Assembly: GCA_965203295.1 (NCBI GenBank)
Contig: CBDBCZ010000015.1
Coordinates: 1,088,001 to 1,152,000 of the forward strand
Direction of reading: 5' to 3'
DNA length: 64,000 bases
Source: Nitrospirales bacterium
GTDB taxonomy: Bacteria; Nitrospirota; Nitrospiria; Nitrospirales; UBA8639
Shown: one piece after another, positions 49,640 to 61,310 of the stretch
How the letters are laid out: each line of letters opens with the position of its first letter
How positions within the stretch are numbered: the first letter of the stretch is position 1
Notes under the pieces: model-generated
Database searches by the model: none
What the model saw: only the letters and a program-made list of their open reading frames with translations
Told to the model about the DNA's origin: nothing
Made by a program: the position numbers and the translations under genes

Positions 49640-52380
49640 TTGATGTTAGTCTGCAGATTAGGAAAGAAGTATTTTAATGAAAATTATTAGTTTTGTTGGT
49701 CTCTAGCAAAGACTTTAAGCCAAAGTTACTAGCTACCTTTGATCTGACCCTTCCCAACTGTTTAGAAAAAGAGCTGGTTATTCAAAAGCTTGTTTAGTTT
49801 GAATGATGTTAGTCTGAAGATTAGGAAAGAAGGATTTTATTTAAAATTGTTAGTTTTGTTGGTCTCTAGCAAAGACTTTAAGCCAAAGTAACTAGCTACC
49901 ATTGATCTGACCCTTCCCAACTGTTTAGGAAAAGAACTAGTTATTCAAAGGCTTATTTAGTTTGAATGATGTTAGTCATATACAATACACGCTTAGGAAG
50001 TATTGATGTTCAAGAAAGGAACTTGTTATATATTCAAAGGCTTGTTTAGTTTGGTTGATGTTAGTCTGAAGATTAGGAAAGAAGGATTTTATTGAAAATT
50101 GTTAGTTTTGTTGATCTCAGGCAAAGACTTTCAGCCAAAGTAAATGGCTACCATTGATCTGACCCTTCCCAACTGTTTAGGAAAAGAACCTGTTATTCAA
50201 AGGCTTGTTTAGTTTGAATGATGTTAGTCAGATACAATACATGCTTAGGAAGTATCGATGTTCAAGAAAGGAACTGGTTATTCAAAGGCCGGTTTAGTTT
50301 GGTTGATGTTAGTCTGAAGATTAAGAAAGAAGAATTTTACTCAAAAATTGTTATTTTTTTTGTCTCTGGCAAAGACTTTAAGCCAAAGTAACTGGCTACC
50401 ATTGATCTGATCCTTCCCAACTATTTAGAAAAAGAGCTGGTTATTCAAAGGCTTGTTTTGTTTGAATGATATTTGTCAGATACAATACATGCTTAGGAAG
50501 TATCAATGTTCAAGAAAGGAACTGGTTATTCAAAGGCTTGTTTAGTTTGGTTGATGTTAGTCTGAAGATTAGGAAAGAAGTATTTTAATGAAAATTATTA
50601 GTTTTGTTGGTCTCTAGCAAAGACTTTAAGCCAAAGTTACTAGCTACCTTTGATCTGACCCTTCCCAACTGTTTAGAAAAAGAACTGGTTATTCAAAAGC
50701 TTGTTTAGTTTGAATGATGTTAGTCTGAAGATTAGGAAAGAAGGATTTTATTTAAAATTGTTAGTTTTGTTGGTCTCTAGCAAAGACTTTAAGCCAAAGT
50801 AATTAGCTACCATTGATCTGATTCTTCCCAACTGTTTAGGAAAAGAACTAGTTATTGAAAGGCTTATTTAGTTTGAATGATGTTAGTCATATACAATACA
50901 CGCTTAGGAAGTATTGATGTTCAAGAAAGGAACTTGTTATATATTCAAAGGCTTGTTTAGTTTGGTTGATGTTAGTCTGAAGATTAGGAAAGAAGGATTT
51001 TATTGAAAATTGTTAGTTTTGTTGATCTAAGGTAAAGACTTTCAGCCAAAGTAAATGGCTACCATTGATCTGACCCTTCCCAACTGTTTAGGAAAAGAAC
51101 CTGTTATTCAAAGGCTTGTTTAGTTTGAATGATGTTAGTCAGATACAATACATGCTTAGGAAGTATCGATGTTCAAGAAAGGAACTGGTTATTCAAAGGC
51201 CGGTTTAGTTTGGTTGATGTTAGTCTGAAGATTAAGAAAGAAGAATTTTACTCAAAAATTGTTATTTTTTTTGTCTCTGGCAAAGACTTTAAGCCAAAGT
51301 AACTGGCTACCATTGATCTGATCCTTCCCAACTATTTAGAAAAAGAGCTGGTTATTCAAAGGCTTGTTTTGTTTGAATGATATTTGTCAGATACAATACA
51401 TGCTTAGGAAGTATCAATGTTCAAGAAAGGAACTGGTTATTCAAAGGCTTGTTTAGTTTGGTTGATGTTAGTCTGCAGATTAGGAAAGAAGTATTTTAAT
51501 GAAAATTATTAGTTTTGTTGGTCTCTAGCAAAGACTTTAAGCCAAAGTTACTAGCTACCTTTGATCTGACCCTTCCCAACTGTTTAGAAAAAGAGCTGGT
51601 TATTCAAAAGCTTGTTTAGTTTGAATGATGTTAGTCTGAAGATTAGGAAAGAAGGATTTTATTTAAAATTGTTAGTTTTGTTGGTCTCTAGCAAAGACTT
51701 TAAGCCAAAGTAACTAGCTACCATTGATCTGACCCTTCCCAACTGTTTAGGAAAAGAACTAGTTATTCAAAGGCTTATTTAGTTTGAATGATGTTAGTCA
51801 TATACAATACACGCTTAGGAAGTATTGATGTTCAAGAAAGGAACTTGTTATATATTCAAAGGCTTGTTTAGTTTGGTTGATGTTAGTCTGAAGATTAGGA
51901 AAGAAGGATTTTATTGAAAATTGTTAGTTTTGTTGATCTCAGGCAAAGACTTTCAGCCAAAGTAAATGGCTACCATTGATCTGACCCTTCCCAACTGTTT
52001 AGGAAAAGAACCTGTTATTCAAAGGCTTGTTTAGTTTGAATGATGTTAGTCAGATACAATACATGCTTAGGAAGTATCGATGTTCAAGAAAGGAACTGGT
52101 TATTCAAAGGCCGGTTTAGTTTGGTTGATGTTAGTCTGAAGATTAAGAAAGAAGAATTTTACTCAAAAATTGTTATTTTTTTTGTCTCTGGCAAAGACTT
52201 TAAGCCAAAGTAACTGGCTACCATTGATCTGATCCTTCCCAACTATTTAGAAAAAGAGCTGGTTATTCAAAGGCTTGTTTTGTTTGAATGATATTTGTCA
52301 GATACAATACATGCTTAGGAAGTATCAATGTTCAAGAAAGGAACTGGTTATTCAAAGGCTTGTTTAGTTTGGTTGATGTT
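49640..52380 (+). repeat. 911-bp higher-order repeat x3 (4 A + 3 B + 4-bp insertion)
   Basis: ttaagaaagaagaattttactc at 50321, 51232 and 52143. The ttgttatatattcaaagg variant occurs once per unit. 4x163+3x85+4=911. Confidence 0.88.
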
Positions 52381-54589
52381 AGTCCGAAGATTAGGAAAGA
52401 AGGATTTTATAGAAAATTGTTAGTTTTGTTGGTCTCTAGCAAAGACTTTAAGCCAAAGTAACTAGCTACCTTTGATCTGACCCTTCCCAACTGTTTAGGA
52501 AAAGAGCTGGTTATTCAAAGGCTTGTTTAGTTTGAATGATGTTAGTCTAAAGATTAGGAAAGAAGGATTTTAATGAAAATTGTTAGTTTTGTTGGTCTCT
52601 GGCAAAGACTTTAAGCCAAAGTAACTATCTACCATTTATCTGACCCTTCCTAACTGTTTAGAAAAAGAGCTGGTTATTCAAAGGCCTGTTTAGTTTTGTT
52701 GATGTTAGCCTGAAGATTAGGAAAGAAGGATTTTATTGAAAATTGTTAGTTTTGTTGGTCTCTAGCAAAGACTTTAAGCCAAAGTTACTAGCTACCATTG
52801 ATCTGACCCTTCCGAACTATTTAGAAAATGAGCTGGTTATTCAAAAGCTTGTTTTGTTTGAATGATATTAGTCAGATACAATACTTGCTTAGGAAGTATC
52901 AATGTTCAAGAAAGGAACTGGTTATTCAAAGGCTTGTTTAGTTTTGTTGATGTTAGTCTGAAGATTAGGAAAGAAGGATTTTATTTAAAATTGTTAGTTT
53001 TTTTGTCTCTAGCAAAGACTTTAAGCCAAAGTAACTAGCTACCATTTATCTGACCCTTCCGAACTGTTTATAAAAAGAACTGGTTATTCAAAGGCCTGTT
53101 TAGTTTTGTTGACGTTAGCCTGAAGATTAGGAAAGAAGGAATTTATTGAAAATTGTTAGTTTTGTTGGTCTCTAGCAAAGACTTTAAGCCAAAGTAACTA
53201 GCTACCATTGATCTGACCCTTCCCAACTGTTTAGAAAAAGAACTTGTTATTCAAAGGCTTGTTTAGTTTGAATTATGTTAGTCTGAAGATTAGGAAAGAA
53301 GGATTTTATTGAAAATTGTTAGTTTTGTTGGTCTCTAGCAAAGACTTTAAGCCAAAGTCACTAGCTACCATTGATCTGACCCTTCCCAACTGTTTTGGAA
53401 AAGAACTGGTTATTCAAAGGCTTATTTGGTTTGAATGATGTTAGTCATATACAATACACGCTTAGGAAATATCGATGTTCAAGAAAGGAACTTGTTATAT
53501 ATTCAAAGGCTTGTTTAGTTTGGTTGATGTTAGTCTGAAGATTAGGAAAGAAGGATTTTATTGAAAATTGTTAGTTTTGTTGATCTCAGGCAAAGACTTT
53601 CAGCCAAAGTAAATGGCTACCATTGATCTGACCCTTCCCAACTGTTTAGGAAAAGAACCTGTTATTCAAAGGCTTGTTTAGTTTGAATGATGTTAGTCAG
53701 ATACAATACATGCTTAGGAAGTATCGATGTTCAAGAAAGGAACTGGTTATTCAAAGGCCGGTTTAGTTTGGTTGATGTTAGTCTGAAGATTAAGAAAGAA
53801 GAATTTTACTCAAAAATTGTTATTTTTTTTGTCTCTGGCAAAGACTTTAAGCCAAAGTAACTGGCTACCATTGATCTGATCCTTCCCAACTATTTAGAAA
53901 AAGAGCTGGTTATTCAAAGGCTTGTTTAGTCTGCTTGATGTTAGTCTGCAGATAAGGAAAGAAGTATTTTATAGAAAATCGTTAGTTTTGTTGGTCTCTA
54001 GCAAAGACTTTGAGCCAAAGTAACTAGCTACCATTTATCTAACCCTTCCCAACTGTTTAGGAAAAGAACTGGTTATTCAAAGGCTTAATTCGTTTTAATG
54101 ATGTTAGTAGGATACAATACATGTTTAGGAAGTGTCGATGTTCAAGAAAGGAACTGGTAATTCAAAGGCTTGTTTAATTTGGTTGATGTTAGTCTTAAGA
54201 TTAGGAAAGAAGGATTTTATTTAAAATTGTTAGTTTTTTTGTCTCTAGCAAAGACTTTAAGCAAAATTAACTAGCTACCATTTATCTGACCCTTCCCAAC
54301 TGTTTACAAAAAGAGCTGGTTATTCAAAGGCCTGGTTAGTTTTGTTGATGTTAGCATGAAGATTAGGAAAGAAGGATTTTATTGAAAATTGTTAGTTTTG
54401 TTGGTCTCAGGCAAAGACTTTCAGCCAAAGTAACTGGCTACCATTGATCTGACCCTTCCCAACTGTTTAGGAAAAGAACTGGTTATTCAAAGGCTTGTTT
54501 AGTTTGAATGATGTTAGTCAGATACAATACATGCTTAGGAAGTGGCGATGTTCAAGAAAGGAACTGGTTATTATGAATGATGTTATTCA

Positions 54590-57500
54590 GATACAATACA
54601 CGCTTAGGAAGTATCGATGTTCAAGAAAGGAACTTGTTATTCAAGGGCTTGTTTAGTTTCATTGATGTTAGTCTAAAGATTAGGAAAGAAGGATTTTAAT
54701 GAAAATTATTAGTTTTGTTGGTCTCTAGCAAAGACTTTAAGCCAAAGTTACTAGCTACCTTTGATCTGACCCTTCCCAACTGTTTAGAAAAAGTGCTGGT
54801 TATTCAAAAGCTTGTTTAGTTTGAATGATGTTAGTCTGAAGATCAGGAAAGAAGGATTTTATTGAAAATTGTTAGTTTTGTTGGTCTCTAGCAAAGACTT
54901 TTAGCCAAAGTAACTAGCTACCATTGATCAAACCCTTCCCAACTGTTTTGGAAAAGAACTGGTTATATAAAGACTTGTTTAGTTTGAATAATGTTAGTCT
55001 GAAGATTAGGAAAGAAGGATTTTATTGAAAATTGTTAATTTTGTTGGTCTCTAGCAAAGACTTTAAGCCAAAGTCACTAGCTACCATTGATCTGACCCTT
55101 CCCAACTGTTTAGAAAAAGAGCTCGTTATTCAAAGGCTTGTTTTGTTTGAATGATATTAGTCAGATAAAATACATGCTTAGGAAGTATCAATGCTCAAGT
55201 AAGGAACTGGTTATTCAAAGGCTTGTTTAGTTTGCTTGATGTTAGTCTGCAGATTAGGAAAGAAGTATTTTATAGAAAATCGTTATTTTTTTGGGTCTCT
55301 AGCAAAGACTTTTAGCCAAAGTAACTACCTACCATTCATCTGACCCTTCCCAACTGTTTAGGAAAACAACTGGTTATTCAAAGGCTTGATTTGTTTTAAT
55401 GATGATAGTCGGATACAATACATGTTTAGGAAGTATCGATGTTCAAGAAAGGAACTGGTTATTCAAAGGCTTGTTTAGTTTGGTTGATGTTAGTCTGAAG
55501 ATTAGGAAAGAAGGATTTTATGGAAAATTGTTAGTTTTGTTGGTCTCTAGCAATGACTTTAAGCCGAAGTAACTAGCTACCATTGATCTGACCCTTCCCA
55601 ACTGTTTAGAAAAAGAACTGGTTATTCAAAGGCTTGTTTAGTTTTGTTGATGTTAGTCAAATACAATACTTGCCTAGGAAGTATCGATGTTCAAGAAAGG
55701 AACTTGTTATTCAAAGGCTTGTTTAGTTTGGTTGATGTTAGTCTGAAGATTATGAAAGAAGGATTTATTGAAAATTGTTAGTTTTGTTGGTCTCAGGCAA
55801 AGACTTTCAGCCAAAGTAACTTGCTACCATTGATCTGACCCTTCCCAATTATTTAGAAAAAGAACTTGTTATTCAAAGGCTTGCTTAGTTTGAATGATGT
55901 TAGTCAGATACAATACACGCTTAGGAAGTATCGATGTTCAAGAAAGGAATTGGTTATTCAAATGCTTATTTAGTTTGCTTGATGTTAGTCTGCAGATTAT
56001 GAAAGAAGTATTTTATAGAAAATCGTTTGTTTTGTTCGTCTCTAGCAAAGACTTTGAGCCAAAGTAACTAGCTACCATTGATCTGACCCTTCCCAACTGT
56101 TTAGGAAAAGAACAGGTTATTCAAAGGCTTGATTAGTTTTAATGATGTTAGTCGGATACAATACATGTTTAGGAAGTGTCGATGTTCAAGAAAGGAACTG
56201 GTTTTTCAAAGGCTTGTTTAGTTTGGTTGATGTTAGTCTTAAGATTAGGAAAGAAGGATTTTATTGAAAATTGTTTGTTTTGTTGGTCTCAGGCAAAGAC
56301 TTTCAGCCAAAGTAACTAGCTACCATTGATCTGACCCTTCCTAACTGTTTAGGAAAAGAACTAGTTATTCAAAGAAGGCTTGTTTAGTTGGAATGATGTT
56401 AGTCTGAAGATTAGGAAAGAAGGATTTTAGTGAAAATTGTTTGTTTTGTTGGTCTCTAGCAAAGACTTTAAGCCAAAGTAACTATCTACAATTTATCTGA
56501 CCCTTTCCAACTGTTTAGAAAAAGAACTGGTTATTCAAAGGCCTGTTTAGTTTTGTTGATGTTAGCCTGAAGATTAGGAAAGAAGGATTTTATTGAAAAT
56601 TGTTAGTTTTGTTGGTCTCTAGCAAAGACTTTAAGCCAAAGTAACTAGATACCATTTATCTGACCCTTCCGAACTATTTAGAAAATGAGCTGGTTATTTA
56701 AAGGCTTGTTTTTTTTGAATGATATTAGTCAGATTCAATACATGCTTAGGAAGTATCAATGTTCAAGAAAGGAACTGGTTATTCAAAGGCTTGTTTAGTT
56801 TTGTTGATGTTAGTTTGCAGATTAGTAAAGAAGGATATTATTTAAAATTGTTAGTTTTTTTGTCTCTAGCAAAGACTTTAAGCCAAAGTAACTGGCTACC
56901 ATTTATCTGACCCTTCCCAACTGTTTAGAAAAAGAGCTGGTTATTCAAAGGCCTGTTTAGTTTTGTTGATGTTAGCCTGAAGATAAGGAAAGAAGGATTT
57001 TATTGAAAATTGTTAGTTTTGTTGGTCTCAGGCAAAGACTTTCAGCCAAAGTAACTGGCTACCATTGATCTGACCCTTCCCAACTGTTTAGGAAAAGAAC
57101 TGGTTATTCAAAGGCTTGTTTAGTTTGAATGATGTTAGTCAGATACAATACATGCTTAGGAAGTATCGCTGTTCAAGAAAGGAACTGGTTATTCAAAGGC
57201 TTGATTAGTTTTAATGATGTTAGTCGGATACAATACATGTTTATGAAGTGTCGATGTTCAAGAAAGGAACTGGTTATTCAAATGCTTGTTTAGTTTGGTT
57301 GATGTTAGTCTGATAATTAGGAAAGAAGGATTTCATTGAAAATTGTTAGTTTTGTTGGTGTCAGGCAAAGACTTTCAGCCAAAGTAACTAGCTACCATTG
57401 ATCTGACCCTTCCTAACTGTTTAGGAAAAGAACTGGTTATTCAAAGGCTTGTTTAGTTTGAATGATGTTAGTCTGAAGATTAGGAAAGAAGGATTTTATT

Positions 57501-60500
57501 GAAATTGTTAGTTTTGTTGGTCTCTAGCAAAGACTTTTAGCCAAAGTAACTAGCTACCATTTATATGACCCTTCCAAACTGTTTAGAAAATGAACTGGTT
57601 ATTCAAAGGCCTGTTTAGTTTGAATGATGTTTGTCAGATACAATACACGCTTAGGAAGTATCGATGTTCAAGAAAGGAACTGGTTATTCAAAGGCTTGTT
57701 TAGTTTGGTTGATGTTAGTCTGAAGATTAGGAAGGAAGGATTTTATTGAAAATTGTTAGTTTTGTTTGTTTCTGGCAAAGACTTTAAGCCAAAGTAACGA
57801 GCTATTATTGATCTTACCCTTCCCAACTGTTTAGGAAAAGAATTGGTTATGCAAAGGCTTGTTTAGTTTGAATGATGTTAGTCAGATACAATACATGCTT
57901 AGGAAGTATCGATGCTCAAGAAAGGAACTGGTAATTCAAAGGCTTGTTTAGTTTGGTTGATGTTAGTCTGCAGATTAGGAAAGAAGTATTTTATAGAAAA
58001 TCGTTAGTTTTGTTGGTCTCTAGCAAAGACTTTTAGCCAAAGTAACTAGCTACCATTCATCTGACCCTTCCCAACTGTTTGGGAAAAGAACTGGTTATTC
58101 AAAGGCTTGATTAGTTTTAATGATGTTAGTCGGATACAATACATGTTTAGGAAGTATCGATGTTCAAGAAAGGAACTGGTTATTCAAAGGCTTGTTAGTT
58201 TGCTTGATGTTAGTCTGCAGATTAGGAAAGAAGTATTTTATAGAAAATCGTTAGTTTTGTTGGTCTCTAGCAAAGACTTTAAGCCAAAGTAACTAGCTAC
58301 CATTGATTAGGAAAGAAGGATTTTATTGAAAATTGTTAGTTTTGTTGGTCTCTAGCAAAGACTTTAAGCCAAAGTAACTAGCTACCATTGATCTGACCCT
58401 TCCCAACTGTTTAGGAAAAGAACTTGTTATTCAAAAACTTGTTTAGTTTGAATGATGTTAGTGAAATACAATACATCCTTAGAAAGTATCGATGTTCAAG
58501 AAAGGAACTGGTTATTCAAAGGCTTGTTTAGTTTAGTTGATGTTAGTCTGAAGATTAGGAAAGGAGGATTTTTATTGAAAATTGTTATTTTGTTTGTCTC
58601 AGGTAAAGACTTTCAGCCAAAGTATCTAGCTACCATTTATCTGACCCCTCCCAACTGTCTTGGAAAGGAACTGGTTTATGATTCAATCATTTGTTTAGTT
58701 TAAATGATGTTTGTCAGGTACAATACATACATGCTTAGAAAGTAAGGGTTTTCACTAATAATTGGTACAATTTTAGCTTTATTGGTCTCAGGAAACTTTC
58801 AGTCAAAACAACTAGCTACCATTGATCTGACCCTTCCCAACTGTCTAGGAAAGTAATTGGTTTAAGATTTAATAGCTTGTTTAGTTTGAATGATGTTAGT
58901 CAGATACAATACATGCTTAGGAAGTATCGATGTTCAAGACCGGAACTGGTTATTAAAAGGCTTGTTTAGTTTGGTTGATGTTAGTCTGAAGATTAGGAAA
59001 GAAGGATTTCAGTGTCTCTGGCAAAGACTTTAAGGCAAAGTCAGTAGCTACCATTGATCTGACCCTTCCCAACTGTTTAGAAAAAGAACTGGTTATTCAA
59101 AGGCTTGTTTAGTTTGAATGATGTTATTCAGATACAATACACGCTTAGGAAGTATCGATGTTCAAGAAAGGAACTTGTTATTCAAGGGCTTGTTTAGTTT
59201 CGTTGGTGTTAGTCTAAAGATTAGGAAAGAAGGATTTTAATGAAAATTATTAGTTTTGTTGGTCTCTAGCAAAGACTTTAAGCCAAAGTTACTAGCTACC
59301 TTTGATCTGACCCTTCCCAACTGTTTAGAAAAAGTGCTGGTTATTCAAAAGCTTGTTTAGTTTGAATGATGTTAGTCTGAAGATCAGGAAAGAAGGATTT
59401 TATTGAAAATTGTTAGTTTTGTTGGTCTCTAGCAAAGACTTTCAGCCAAAGTAACTAGCTACCATTGATCAAACCCTTCACAACTGTTTTGGAAAAGAAC
59501 TGGTTATTCAAAGACTTGTTTAGTTTGAATAATGTTAGTCTGAAGATTAGGAAAGAAGGATTTTATTGAAAATTGTTAATTTTGTTGGTCTCTAGCAAAG
59601 ACTTTAAGCCAAAGTCACTAGCTACCATTGATCTGACCCTTCCCAACTGTTTAGAAAAAGAGCTCGTTATACAAAGGCTTGTTTTGTTTGAATGATATTA
59701 GTCAGATAAAATACATGCTTAGGAAGTATCAATGCTCAAGTAAGGAACTGGTTATTCAAAGGCTTGTTTAGTTTGCTTGATGTTAGTCTGCAGATTAGGA
59801 AAGAAGTATTTTATAGAAAATCGTTTTTTTTTTTGGTCTCTAGCAAAGACTTTTAGCCAAAGTAACTACCTACCATTCATCTGACCCTTCCCAACTGTTT
59901 AGGAAAACAACTGGTTATTCAAAGGCTTGATTTGTTTTAATGATGATAGTCGGATACAATACATGTTTAGGAAGTATCGATGTTCAAGAAAGGAACTGGT
60001 TATTCAAAGGCTTGTTTAGTTTGGTTGATGTTTGTCTGAAGATTAGGAAAGAAGGATTTTATGGAAAATTGTTAGTTTTGTTGGTCTCTAGCAATGACTT
60101 TAAGCCGAAGTAACTAGCTACCATTGATCTGACCCTTCCCAACTGTTTAGAAAAAGAACTGGTTATTCAAAGGCTTGTTTAGTTTTGTTGATGTTAGTCA
60201 AATACAATACTTGCCTAGGAAGTATCGATGTTCAAGAAAGGAACTTGTTATTCAAAGGCTTGTTTAGTTTGGTTGATGTTAGTCTGAAGATTATGAAAGA
60301 AGGATTTATTGAAAATTGTTAGTTTTGTTGGTCTCAGGCAAAGACTTTCAGCCAAAGTAACTGGCTACCATTGATCTGACCCTTCCCAACTATTTAGAAA
60401 AAGAACTTGTTATTCAAAGGCTTGCTTAGTTTGAATGATGTTAGTCAGATACAATACATGCTTAGGAAGTATCGATGTTCAAGAAAGGAATCGGTTATTC

Positions 60501-61310
60501 AAATGCTTATTTAGTTTGCTTGATGTTAGTCTGCAGATTATGAAAGAAGTATTTTATAGAAAATCGTTTGTTTTGTTCGTCTCTAGCAAAGACTTTGAGT
60601 CAAAGTAACTAGCTACCATTGATCTGACCCTTCCCAACTGTTTAGGAAAAGAACAGGTTATTCAAAGGCTTGATTAGTTTTAATGATGTTAGTCGGATAC
60701 AATACATGTTTAGGAAGTGTCGATGTTCAAGAAAGGAACTGGTTTTTCAAAGGCTTGTTTAGTTTGGTTGATGTTAGTCTTAAGATTAGGAAAGAAGGAT
60801 TTTATTGAAAATTGATTGTTTTGTTGGTCTCAGGCAAAGACTTTCAGCCAAAGTAACTAGCTACCATTGATCTGACCCTTCCTAACTGTTTAGGAAAAGA
60901 ACTAGTTATTCAAAGAAGGCTTGTTTAGTTGGAATGATGTTAGTCTGAAGATTAGGAAAGAAGAATTTTAGTGAAAATTGTTAGTTTTGTTGGTCTCTAG
61001 CAAAGACTTTAAGCCAAAGTAACTATCTACAATTTATCTGACCCTTTCCAACTGTTTAGAAAAAGAACTGGTTATTCAAAGGCCTGTTTAGTTTTGTTGA
61101 TGTTAGCCTGAAGATTAGGAAAGAAGGATTTTATTGAAAATTGTTAGTTTTGTTGGTCTCTAGCAAAGACTTTAAGCCAAAGTAACTAGATACCATTTAT
61201 CTGACCCTTCCGAACTATTTAGAAAATGAGCTGGTTATTTAAAGGCTTGTTTTTTTTGAATGATATTAGTCAGATTCAATACATGCTTAGGAAGTATCAA
61301 TGTTCAAGAA
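54590..61310 (+). repeat. ~2.2-kb block duplicated at 4541-bp offset within array 2 (~54590-56770 and ~59120-61310)
   Basis: gatcaggaaag at 54841 and 59382; the tcaaagaaggc insertion variant near 56369 and 60910. Confidence 0.82.

Noticed and set aside
4792..58703. Short ORFs in the satellite, some looking leucine-rich-repeat-like (LFKGLFSL...)
   Set aside because: Unit lengths 163, 85 and 248 are not multiples of 3, indels are frame-agnostic, and stops occur within a monomer or two. The ORFs arise from chance loss of a stop.
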